A DNA stretch of 64,000 nucleotides from Microcoleus sp. (GTDB lineage Bacteria; Cyanobacteriota; Cyanobacteriia; Cyanobacteriales; Microcoleaceae): contig JAYFMW010000030.1 in NCBI GenBank assembly GCA_042408215.1, forward strand, positions 352,001 to 416,000, given 5' to 3'. Shown here piece by piece: positions 9,263 through 19,016 of this stretch (its first letter is position 1; every line of letters starts with the position of its first letter). The notes below the pieces were generated by a model, which saw only the letters and a program-made list of their open reading frames with translations, searched no databases and was not told the DNA's origin. Made by a program: the position numbers and the translations under genes.

Positions 9263-10731
9263 GTGACTAAAACCAAAAAAGCAATGGGAGTTCAGCAAGT
9301 ATTGCTGTCGCCCAATCAGGAACTTAAAGCGTTGTTGGAGTATCTCTGTCAACAATCAGGCAAGCTATATAACAGTGGTGTTTATTTGGCTCGTCAGACT
9401 TTTTTTCAAACCGGAAAAATGTTGACTGGAAAGTTTGACTTGTCCTTTGAACCATCAATTTCAAAGTCAATGGTTGCTAAGTCCTTGCCATCCACACCAA
9501 TGCAGCAAACATTGATGTCAGTCACAGAAGCTTTTAAATCTTTCAAAGAATTAAGAGATTTGTATCTCAAAGGTCAATTGCATTTTAAACCCAAGCCGCC
9601 GGGATACCTGAAAGGGTCTAAGTTGTTCAAAGTAGCTTATCCTAATTCTGGAGGTTTAAGGCCTAAACTTATCGGCAATCAGTTGAGATTCTCGTTGGGA
9701 TTGACGGTAAAGCGATGGTTTGGAGTTGACGAATTCTTTCTGCCTATGTCGTCAATCGATTTGAGATTTTAGATTTGAGATTTTAGATTTACCCCACGTA
9801 TAAATGCGGGGGCTTGAGGATTTTAGATTTGGGATTTTGGATTGATTCCACGGATCAATCCGGGGGCTTGTACCACCTTTGAAATTATTGGTCAAATCTG
9901 GATTTTTAGAGAGTGAAATAGTTGACGATTCTCCCTAAGAATGGAGTTTTTTACCTTGAGATATCCTAGGAGGTTGAAAAAGAACAACATAATCTGGATC
10001 TTGGCCAAGCATTATCAATTGACTTGGGGACTGCTGACAATTTAGCAGCTTGTGTCGATACACTAGGAAACTCCTTCTTAATTGATGCTCGTGCCATGAA
10101 AGCGATGAATCAATTGTGGAATAAAAAAGTCGCAACCAGAAAAGAAGGAAAGCCTGAAGGCTATTGGGATAACTGGCTAGACCGCGTAACTCGCAAACGC
10201 AATCACCAAATGCGTGATGGCATCAATAAGGCTGCGAAGTTGATTGTCAGCCATTGCTTGAAATACAGCGTCGGGAATATTATTTGTGGTGGGAATCAAG
10301 GTTTCAAATCCCATGTCAATATGGGAAAAAAGAACAATCAAAAGTTTGTTCAAATGCCTTTGGGAAAGCTGAAAGACCGATTAAATCAACTGTGTGACTT
10401 GCACGGTATTAAGTTTACAGAAACCGAAGAAGCGTATAGGTCCAAAGCTAGTTTTTTAGATGGAGACTCCCTGCCCAAATATGGTGAAAAACCGGAAGGG
10501 TGGAAAGCATCTGGAAAGCGAATTAAGCGTGGATTGTATCGGTCTGTCGATGGAACAGTGATGAATGCAGACTTAAATGGTTCCGCCAATATCCTGAGAA
10601 AAGTAGCCAGTAAGTTGGGTGTAAACCTTGACCGACTGGGTAGACGGTGCTTGACGACCGTAGCGAGAGTTAGAATTTGGATGTTACCCAAATCCGCTCT
10701 GTCCGCAGAATCTCAGTGGCTTCAGCCCTGA
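9263..10731 (+). pseudogene. tnpB: TnpB interrupted by a 140-bp element and several stop codons
   Basis: Two ORFs (9263-9772, 10024-10731) collinear with the intact paralogue at 44516; extra TAG stops between 9900 and 9970. Confidence 0.9.
9756..9895. mobile_element. 140-bp non-autonomous element bounded by GTCAA
   Basis: Absent from the paralogous tnpB at about 45005; near-identical copy at 53398-53537. Confidence 0.8.
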
Positions 10732-11308
10732 GAGTGTCAAATATTTCCGGTAAAGGTCGATGCCCAGTAGGTAGCAAGACCCCGATCGAGTCTAATTACT
10801 AGAAACGCAAATATTGGAGTATAATGGAGCAAGTCCCTAGATGAGTTTCATTCCATTGTCATCGTAGTAGTTGAATAAACATCATTGGTCGAAAGATGGT
10901 CAAAGGTCAAACAGGATTTTCCATTACAACCAAGTCGGTCAAGGCGAAATTGCTTCGTTCTAGTTTTGATATGCAGCCCACCAAAGCTGCTTATAACGAG
11001 CTCGTTCATTTCTATTTCTTGCTGATTGCATAAAATCCTCAAGGCATTAGCATTCCGACCAAAGAAGATGGGGGCTGGCGTTACTACGAGCTCCTCACGG
11101 TTAATCAGCCTTTTGTGAAAGGCTTTCCTTCTGGGATGAAAAGAGCCGCTATTAGGCAAGCGATTGGTGTTTATCAAAGTTGGAACTCAACCTATCAAAA
11201 ATGGTTGAATCGTCCCAAGAGAATGAAGCACCACAAGCCACCTGTTCATCCCAGAAAATTCAACTTTAACCCTCCGTAGGATGAGGGAATGTGGAAAGAG
11301 GATGAATT

Positions 11309-11796
11309 GGGAATTACGAATTACGAATTACGAGTGGTTGTTTGGATAAATTACAAATTTCGAGTGGCTTTTGGGAAGAATTAGGAATTAGGAATTACGA
11401 ATTACGAGTTGTTTTTTGGAGGAATTAGGAATTAGGAATTACGAGTTGTTTTTTGGAGGGATTAGGAATTAGGAATTAGCCCTGATAAATTAGGAGTTAG
11501 GAGTTGAAAATTACGAATTACGAGTTGTTTTTTGGAGGAATTAGCCCTGAGAAATTAGGAGTTAGGAATGAGGAATTACGAGTTGTTTTTTGGAGGGATT
11601 AGGAATTAGGAATTAGCCCTGATAAATTAGGAGTTAGGAGTTAAAAATTACGAATTACGAGTTGTTTTTTGGAGGACTTAGGAATTAGAAATTAGAAATT
11701 AAAAATTAGGAGTGAGGAGTGAGGAGTTAGGAGTTAGGAATTACGAATTACGAGTTGCTTTTTGGAGGAATTCGTAATTCCTAATTCGTAATTCCT
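11309..11796. repeat. Complex heptamer (AATTACG/AATTAGG/GAGTTAG) repeat block with an inverted end
   Basis: Recurring GAGTTGTTTTTTGGAGG motif among heptamers; ends with inverted TTCGTAATTCCTAATTCGTAATTCC. Confidence 0.85.
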
Positions 11797-12142
11797 TCCC
11801 GATTCGCGTCATGTAGCTCCTAGGAAGCGGGATTTAGGAAAGATTGCAATCAAAATGGACTCCACAGGGATTATTTCCCGTAGATTTGCTAAAACAGCAT
11901 GGGACTCTCTATCTGCTAGAGAGATTGAATATTCTAGGGCTGTATCTCGTGAACTTGTTGAGTTGGCAAATCATTGGCGGTCTGATGTAATTAGTTTTGA
12001 ATACCTTGGAAGTTTGCGACCCAAACGCGAGAAGTATTCAAGGCGTTAAAATCAGAAACGTGCTTACTGGTTGAAAGGCAAAATCTATGAACAAGTGAAA
12101 CGAATTGCTTACCAAGATTATGCCATCCTCACAACTCGCGTT

Positions 12143-12255
12143 ATATCAATTCCGGTTGCACCGTCAGGTGATGTTGACTGTTGACTGTTGACTGTTGGCT
12201 GTTGGCTGTTGACTGTTGATGGTTTGAACAATACCGATGCAACCGGAAACGATAT
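12143..12255. mobile_element. MITE of about 113 bp
   Basis: Terminal inverted repeats ATATCAATTCCGGTTGCA / TGCAACCGGAAACGATAT with internal TGTTGAC heptamers; related ends at 37946-37985 and 40425-40497. Confidence 0.75.
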
Positions 12256-12907
12256 TAGTCCCATGAATACAAGCCGCCTTACCCCGTGGGGTGAGCAACT
12301 GTGGAGAGGATGCAAATTCCCTTCAACCCTACTTGAATTTGATGGCTATCAAAATGGTGCTGCATTAGTAGCAACGGTTGATGGGTATAGATCGGCGCAG
12401 TGGCTTAAATGTGGCTCGTAATGTGGCGTTAAAAGCAATCAAGCGTAACATCCCAGAGGCTACGCTTAATCTGAAAAGCTAGACGCAGTAATGCTTTAGG
12501 TGTGCAATCAAACTAGAACGGTGTTTAGCGACTCCACGAAAGATTGTACGAGGCTTGGGTAAACTGCCTAAAGATTCCTACTTCACTACGCTCTATTTGG
12601 TTGGGCGAGTCCCACAAGCTGAAGGAAGCGACTACAGAGGAGTCGAAAAAGTGAACCCTAATTGGAACCTTGGGATTTATTCCGATTCACTCCAATTATG
12701 GGTTACTCGTAATCCTCTCTGCTCAACGATTATAGATCGTCTGCGGCCAACTCGGAATAGGTGGAACACTTGACAAATTCAAAAAGTTGGAGCGAAAAAA
12801 TGGAGAGCAATATGCGTAAAAACACTCGGTTTTGCCCAGCCCAAGGCGTTTCTAACGCTCGATCTGGATGATTATAGTAAATTGGTAGCAAAGTAGGTGT
12901 CAAAATT

Positions 12908-13444
12908 ATGACTATAGGCAGCCCAGATTTTATATTACCAGGACTAGGTGTAGATCAAGCTCCGGAATTCCAACAACTAGAAACTCCCGAAGGTGAGCTG
13001 CACCTGCGGTTCTATGTTCCTTCGGGGAATGAGTTCGCATTGCCAGCCACAGGAATTAGAGAGGTACTTTCGCCGTCCCCAGACCGGATGACACCCATAC
13101 CCAACGTTTCGTCCTTGCTGTTAGGTACGCTAAACATGAGAGGACGAGTGATCTGGGTGGCAGATCTCGGCCAATTTCTGGGAGACCAAACACCCCTGAA
13201 TACGGATAGACCCGAAATCCCGATTATTGCTGTTGAAGACCAAGATACGATTTTGGGGCTAGCAGTCGATCGAATTGTTGGGATGCACTGGCTCGACGTA
13301 GAGCAACTGCACTCCCAGAATAATGCACCAGACGGCATGATGCCTTTTCTGAGGGGAGAATGGATGTTAGGTGAACAAGCAAATCAAGTGCTCCGACTGC
13401 TAGATCAAGTGAAAATTCTGCGATCGGCGCGGTGGGCAGCGTGA
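12908..13444 (+). CDS. cheW: CheW adaptor (PilI/HmpC-like)
   Basis: TPIPNV..LLGTLNMRGRVIWVADL, LGLAVDRIVG. Confidence 0.92.
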   Translation: MTIGSPDFILPGLGVDQAPEFQQLETPEGELHLRFYVPSGNEFALPATGIREVLSPSPDRMTPIPNVSSLLLGTLNMRGRVIWVADLGQFLGDQTPLNTDRPEIPIIAVEDQDTILGLAVDRIVGMHWLDVEQLHSQNNAPDGMMPFLRGEWMLGEQANQVLRLLDQVKILRSARWAA

Positions 13445-13573
13445 AATCGATTTTAGATTTGCGATTTTGGATTGGGGTCTAATCACAAAAAGTCACGCTA
13501 GGCGCGCATCTAACAGTCAAGATAAAAATCACAAATCACAAATCTAAAATCTAAAATCAAAAGAGGGGGGCAA

Positions 13574-16500
13574 ATGACAACAAGTACCAATTTTCAGCAG
13601 GACTACCAACGGGCAGAAGCGGCATACATGGATGGGAACTACCAAGAAGCCGCAAACCTAGTGTATCAATTAGTAGAAGATTTTCCCGAAGACCCCAGCG
13701 CCCGCCTGTTGTGCGGACACATCTACTGCTATGGACTGCAACAGTACGAGGTGGCGCGGGAACAATACACGGTGGTGCTCGGCTTGAGCGACGACCCGAG
13801 CTTGATCGAACACGCTCACAGTGGCATTAGCTACACAGACCAATTTACATCGGGAGAATTGGCAGAGGAAAATTTAGAGGCTTTGTCTGCTGAAACTCAA
13901 TTGGAATTCTATTCAGACATATCTCTTGAGTCCGGGTTAGAAGACCTGGATCTGGGACTTTTTCAAGGGGATTCTCCATCCATGTCTTTTCCAAGTGAAT
14001 CGCCTCTTGAACTGGAAAATGGGGATTTAGCAGACCTGGGCATGAGCGGCTTGGGCTGGGAACCAGAAGAGGAGAATCAAGGGGTCGCGTCCGATTTAAC
14101 TGGGCACTCAAACCCCTTTACAGGGGATAGTGGCGGGATGGCAGCTTATGCTGAGGAGTCGTCGGCCCTAGACGAGGATCTCGGCTCTGGCTTTGAAGAC
14201 CCTTTTGGTTTCGACGAGGCCGGGTTCGATCCTGGTGTTCTTCAAGACAACTTTCAAGACAGCAAGGTATTTGGTCATCCAGAACTGGACCCCGGAGATT
14301 TGTTTTCAGAAGCCCCGACTCAGGTTCTCAACGGTCGGAGTTTTCCTGTCGCAGAAATCGGCAACTCGATCGAGTTGGGCGAACTAGACTTGGACAATGG
14401 GCTAAGTGACAATTTTGACGAAGCTTTTGCGCCGCGGTCGTTTCCAGATGAACTGGAGCGGCCCGGCGACCCAGATGACTACTCTGCTTCGCCCCAGACA
14501 GGTCAGAATTACAGCCGGAAAGCAGCATCAGCAGAAGATGCCGACCCCTTCGCCTCGCCGATGTTGGAAGATTTTGGTCAGCCACCTCAAAACAGGCATC
14601 CCGAAATCGACTCGGAGTATTCGTCGAAGTATTCGCAGGGGGTCGAGGAAACACTGTTGATGGGAGGTGCTGTCCCCAATTCTCACTCATCAAAGTCGAG
14701 CCAGGGACAATTTAATTCGGCCGATCGATCTTCGAGCAATGGTTACGGCAACTCGCAGCCCAAGGCATTGGACCTGCCAGACAGTTTCGACTTAGACGCT
14801 TTTGAGGAAGACGCTTTCAGCGATGCTTTCTCTATAGACGAAGATGAGCAAGCGACATCTTTCGGATCGGGGGAAAAGCAAATCAGCGACTGGTCGTCAC
14901 CAATGGGAAAATCTGAAGAACAACACAGTGGCTTCTTGGACGAATTTGATGACTTTGACGATTTGGGCAATTTGCCGGATTTTGATATCTCAGAAGACAT
15001 CAATGGTTCGATCCTAACTAGAAGTAACAACAATTTCGGTAACTCGACCATCGGTATGATGGGTTCGACTGGCAGCAACCTGGACTTTGACAACAGTGAC
15101 GGCTCGGCAATTCGGGACGACGAGATCTTTAGCATTTCTGGCCCCGCTGACTCGTCAGTCTCAACTTTTACTTCGAATGACGTAGAACAGATCGACACTT
15201 CAGTGAATGTAGAGCAGGGGGGACTGGCTTTCTTGGAAAATGCCCCTTTGTTTACCAAACAGTTGTACACGGCGATCGGGGCCGGACTGGTTTCTCTGGT
15301 AGCTGTGGCTTTCGTAACCAACATCGCCTCTTATCAGGCGCAGCGACAAGAGAAACCGGAGGCGATCGTCTACCTGCGCCAAACTGGCTGGGTAATGACG
15401 GCCGCCGCAGGCTTTACGAGCTTTATGACTTCTTGGGGCATCGGCCAGTTGATCGCCAAGCAGGTGCGCAAATCCTCGGACAATTTGCAAGCTCAGTTTG
15501 ATGCGGTAGCTCAAGGAAATTTGGACGCTCGTTCTACAATTTACTCCGAGGATGAATTTGGCAAAATGGCTGCTAAATTCAACCATATGGTGAAAGTAAT
15601 GCAGGCGACGATTAGCGATGCGAGGCGCAAATCAGACGAGCAGGAACAGGCAAAAGAAGACTTGCAGCGCCAAGTGATTCGCTTGCTAGACGATGTGGAA
15701 GGGGCCGCCCGCGGTGACTTGACTGTGCAAGCAGAAGTGACGGCGGACGTGTTGGGCGCTGTTGCTGACTCGTTTAACTTAACGATTCAAAACCTGCGAG
15801 AAATCGTTCACCAGGTGAAGCAGGCGGCTAGGGAAGTCAGCAAGGGCGCTACGGATAGTGCCAAGTTTGCGGGGGATTTGTCTTCTGACGCCCTGCGACA
15901 AGCTGAGGAACTGGCGGCAACGCTGAATTCGGTGCAAGTGCTGACAGACGCGATTCAGCGGGTCGCAGAGAGTGCTAGAGAGGCTGAAGAAGTGGCCCGG
16001 GGCGCTGCGGCAACTGCTCTGAAAGGTGGTGAGGCTGTGGAGCGGACGGTGGCTGGGATTTTGGAAATTCGAGAAACAGTAGCAGAAACTACGCGCAAAG
16101 TCAAGAGGTTGGCCGAAGCTTCTCAAGAAATTTCTAAGATTGTGGCCTTAATTGCGACGATCGCCTCGCGGACGAATTTGTTGGCCCTCAACGCCAGTAT
16201 CGAGGCGGCCAGAGCTGGGGAAGCGGGCAGGGGATTTGCGATCGTGGCAGATGAGGTGCGACAATTGGCAGATCGATCGGCTAAGTCTTTGAAAGAAATC
16301 GAACAGATCGTGATGCAAATTCAAAGCGAAACCGGCTCAGTAATGACGGCGATGGAAGAAGGTACGCAGCAGGTAATTGAGGGGACAAGATTGGCAGAAC
16401 AAGCGAAGCGATCCCTCGAAGATATCATTCAAGTTACTAATCGAATTGACGTGTTAGTGCGATCGATTACTGCGGACACTGTAGAACAGAATGAAACAGC

Positions 16501-16663
16501 TCGTTCCGTCGCCAGTGTGATGCAAGCAGTCGAGCTAACTGCTCAGGAAACGTCCCAAGAAGCGCAGCGAGTATCCGGTGCTTTGCAAAATTTGGTAGGC
16601 GTTGCGCGCGACCTTTTGACATCGGTGGAAAGGTTCCGAGTAGAAACAGCAGAAAGACAATAA
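13574..16663 (+). CDS. pilJ: Methyl-accepting chemotaxis protein (PilJ/HmpD-like): TPR, acidic linker, 2 TM, HAMP, MCP signal domain
   Basis: [31 protein letters not shown]-terminal TPR; HAMP DEFGKMA. Confidence 0.92.
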   Translation: MTTSTNFQQDYQRAEAAYMDGNYQEAANLVYQLVEDFPEDPSARLLCGHIYCYGLQQYEVAREQYTVVLGLSDDPSLIEHAHSGISYTDQFTSGELAEENLEALSAETQLEFYSDISLESGLEDLDLGLFQGDSPSMSFPSESPLELENGDLADLGMSGLGWEPEEENQGVASDLTGHSNPFTGDSGGMAAYAEESSALDEDLGSGFEDPFGFDEAGFDPGVLQDNFQDSKVFGHPELDPGDLFSEAPTQVLNGRSFPVAEIGNSIELGELDLDNGLSDNFDEAFAPRSFPDELERPGDPDDYSASPQTGQNYSRKAASAEDADPFASPMLEDFGQPPQNRHPEIDSEYSSKYSQGVEETLLMGGAVPNSHSSKSSQGQFNSADRSSSNGYGNSQPKALDLPDSFDLDAFEEDAFSDAFSIDEDEQATSFGSGEKQISDWSSPMGKSEEQHSGFLDEFDDFDDLGNLPDFDISEDINGSILTRSNNNFGNSTIGMMGSTGSNLDFDNSDGSAIRDDEIFSISGPADSSVSTFTSNDVEQIDTSVNVEQGGLAFLENAPLFTKQLYTAIGAGLVSLVAVAFVTNIASYQAQRQEKPEAIVYLRQTGWVMTAAAGFTSFMTSWGIGQLIAKQVRKSSDNLQAQFDAVAQGNLDARSTIYSEDEFGKMAAKFNHMVKVMQATISDARRKSDEQEQAKEDLQRQVIRLLDDVEGAARGDLTVQAEVTADVLGAVADSFNLTIQNLREIVHQVKQAAREVSKGATDSAKFAGDLSSDALRQAEELAATLNSVQVLTDAIQRVAESAREAEEVARGAAATALKGGEAVERTVAGILEIRETVAETTRKVKRLAEASQEISKIVALIATIASRTNLLALNASIEAARAGEAGRGFAIVADEVRQLADRSAKSLKEIEQIVMQIQSETGSVMTAMEEGTQQVIEGTRLAEQAKRSLEDIIQVTNRIDVLVRSITADTVEQNETARSVASVMQAVELTAQETSQEAQRVSGALQNLVGVARDLLTSVERFRVETAERQ

Positions 16664-16804
16664 TTGATTGTTTAATGCTTTTTTTACTTGCTGATTTACA
16701 AGCACATTGGCTTGGAAATAATAAGAGGCAAAAAGCAACCTCGCAGCATTAAAACCGCTGCGGGGAAACCAATCCAGCACCTAAATAAACTAGGAGTTGC
16801 ACAG

Positions 16805-17641
16805 ATGAACGATAACATAGTAGAGGTAATTCCTGGCATCTTTGGTGAGATTCAGCCGACGGGCTGTATTATCTCTACTCTCACCAAATCTAGCAGTGGC
16901 TATGCCAACAAAAGACTGAGGATTAACGGTGAATGGAAAACGTTTACAGTTCACCGTTTAGTATTAGAAAATATCTTAGGTCGTCCGATTAGACCAGAAT
17001 ACTTTTGTTGCCATAGTTGCGATGTTCGCAACTGCATTAATCCTAACCATTTATGGGAAGGTTCTAGACTGGAGAATTCTCAAGACAGGTTTAGAAAAGG
17101 ACGGATTAAAGATGTAGGAAGTACATCTGCGCCTCAACCTAAAAAACTACCGCGAGGCAGAGAAGTAATTCCCGGCATTCGGGCTGAAATACAGCCGAAT
17201 GGCTGCATGATTTGTATCTTGGCTAAAAGAAGTGATGGTTACGCCATTAAGGGTACTAAAATTAATGGTAAAACTAAAAGTTTCTACGCTCACAGACTGG
17301 TATTGGAAAACAAACTGGGAAGACCGATCAAACCGGGTTATTTTGCGTGTCACAGTTGCGACGATCGCGGCTGTGTCAATCCCGACCATTTGTGGGAAGG
17401 AACTCCCGCCGATAACTCCCGCGATGCTATAGAAAAAAACCGCTTTCCTTTCGTTCCGGGCAAGATAGGTCCTAACCGCAAACTAAAACCCGAACAGGTG
17501 CAGCAGATTCGGGATCTTTTAGGTGAGGGGATATCGAAAAGAGAAATAGCCAGGACATTTGCAATATCTCGCAGTCAGATTATTCTGTTGGGAAGGGGAG
17601 AGATTTACCGAAAAACTGGGTCTAAAGCCCCGTCCTTCTAG
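16805..17641 (+). CDS. Free-standing homing-type endonuclease with two tandem HNH domains and a C-terminal HTH; native C-terminus displaced by an IS
   Basis: Two repeats of HRLVLE..GRPI.P..F.CHSCD.R.C.NP.HLWEG..N..D; KLKPEQVQQIR..REIARTFAIS; ATG at 16805 follows TAGGAG. Confidence 0.85.
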   Translation: MNDNIVEVIPGIFGEIQPTGCIISTLTKSSSGYANKRLRINGEWKTFTVHRLVLENILGRPIRPEYFCCHSCDVRNCINPNHLWEGSRLENSQDRFRKGRIKDVGSTSAPQPKKLPRGREVIPGIRAEIQPNGCMICILAKRSDGYAIKGTKINGKTKSFYAHRLVLENKLGRPIKPGYFACHSCDDRGCVNPDHLWEGTPADNSRDAIEKNRFPFVPGKIGPNRKLKPEQVQQIRDLLGEGISKREIARTFAISRSQIILLGRGEIYRKTGSKAPSF

Positions 17642-18948
17642 GACGGCTTTGTAAAGCTTTGCAAACATAGAGAAAAATCTTATATCTGCTGGAGTAATAT
17701 AAGGTGGGAGGTCAAACCATGCTAGTTTTTGAGTTTAAGGCCTACGGAAATAAGAGTCAATTTGTAGCAGTAGATGAAGCAATTCGTACAGCACAATTTG
17801 TCCGCAATAGCTGTATTCGGCTGTGGATGGACAACAACAAGATTGGGCAATACGACTTGCAGAAATACTGTGCCGTACTGGCTCATGAATTTCCATTTGC
17901 TGACGCACTCAACTCTCAAGCAAGACAAGCTAGTGCCGAACGAGCTTGGTCTGCCATCTCTCGGTTTTACGACAACTGCAAGAAGAAAACCCCTGGCAAA
18001 AAAGGGTATCCACAGTTTAAAAAAAACTGTCGTTCTGTCGAGTATAAAACTAGCGGATGGAAACTCGCTGAAGATAGAAAGTCTATAACCTTTAGCGACA
18101 AAAAAGGGATAGGCAAGCTTAAACTAAAAGGTACTCGCGACCTGCATTTTTATCAAATTAGCCAAATCAAACGGGTGAGATTGGTAAAAAAGGCTACGGG
18201 AGTATACGTTCAGTTTTGTATTGACGCTGAGCGAAAAGAGAATACTGAACCAACAGGAAAGACTGTCGGTTTAGACATGGGATTGAAGGAATATTACACC
18301 GATTCAAACGGAGTAATGGTTGAAAATCCCAAGTTCCTCAGAGCAGGCGAAAAAGTTCTAAAGCGGTGTCAGCGCCGCTTATCTAGAAAAGTAAAAGGTT
18401 CAAAAAATAGAGGCAAAGCTAGGCTGATTTTAGGAAAGCGCCATCTCAAAATAAGTAGGAAACGTAAAGACCATGCTGTGAAGTTAGCACGGTGCGTAGT
18501 TCAGTCAAACGACTTGATAGCTTACGAAAATTTGAGGATAAAAAATATGGTGAAAAATCACTGTCTAGCTAAGTCGATTAACGACGCTTCTTGGTATCAG
18601 TTCCGTGTCTGGATTGAATATTTTGGTAAAGTATTTGAGAGAGTCACGGTTGCTGTCAACCCAGCATATACCAGCCAAGAATGCTCTAACTGTGGTGAAA
18701 TTGTGAAAAAAACGCTATCCACTCGCACCCACGTTTGTAAATGTGGTTGTGTGATGGATAGAGATGAAAACGCAGCTAGAAACATCTTAAGTCGAGGATT
18801 GAGTACGGTAGGGCATACCGGAACTTTCGGACGAGATCCGAGCAACGCTTTAGGAGAATTAACCTCTACTTTGATTGGAGAAATCCGGTCATTGCAAGTT
18901 AGCTCGTAGAATAAAGAATCCCTGCGCGTTTACGCCAGGGAGTGTCAA
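17609..18948 (+). mobile_element. tnpB-only IS200/IS605 element (IS1341-like)
   Basis: Inserted after TTAC; left hairpin AAAGCCCCGTCCTTCTAGGACGGCTTT; right end CCCTG..CAGGGAGTGTCAA. Confidence 0.88.
17719..18909 (+). CDS. tnpB: TnpB RNA-guided nuclease, apparently intact
   Basis: VGLDMG, IAYENL, TSQECSNCG..CKCG, DRDENAA. Confidence 0.92.
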   Translation: MLVFEFKAYGNKSQFVAVDEAIRTAQFVRNSCIRLWMDNNKIGQYDLQKYCAVLAHEFPFADALNSQARQASAERAWSAISRFYDNCKKKTPGKKGYPQFKKNCRSVEYKTSGWKLAEDRKSITFSDKKGIGKLKLKGTRDLHFYQISQIKRVRLVKKATGVYVQFCIDAERKENTEPTGKTVGLDMGLKEYYTDSNGVMVENPKFLRAGEKVLKRCQRRLSRKVKGSKNRGKARLILGKRHLKISRKRKDHAVKLARCVVQSNDLIAYENLRIKNMVKNHCLAKSINDASWYQFRVWIEYFGKVFERVTVAVNPAYTSQECSNCGEIVKKTLSTRTHVCKCGCVMDRDENAARNILSRGLSTVGHTGTFGRDPSNALGELTSTLIGEIRSLQVSS

Positions 18949-19016
18949 AGAGACCTGCTCTAAGACTCTACTAAAATAGACCAAATACAATAACGATTAA
19001 AATAAGGAATAAAACT

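Larger units (their letters stand above)
8695..10740. mobile_element. IS200/IS605 element with divergent tnpA and tnpB
   Basis: Starts after TTAAT, has left-end hairpins, ends GAGAGTGTCAA; ends nearly identical to the copy at 44347-45855. Confidence 0.85.
10896..12482 (+). pseudogene. tnpB: Decayed TnpB/Cas12f-like gene interrupted by heptamer repeats and a MITE
   Basis: Manual translation gives KRAAIRQAIGVYQSW..KPPVHPRKFNFNP, VISFEYLGSLRP, NTSR and SGLNVARNVALKA; internal stops. Confidence 0.7.

Noticed and set aside
11309..11796. Possible CRISPR array within a Cas12f-like gene
   Set aside because: The sequences between recurring motifs are themselves heptamer repeats rather than unique spacers, the period is irregular, and no cas genes are present.
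16688..16804. Longer start for the HNH gene, or a group I intron around it
   Set aside because: ATG 16805 has an RBS and aligns with the repeat unit; the flanking genes are complete and I could not see group I core elements.
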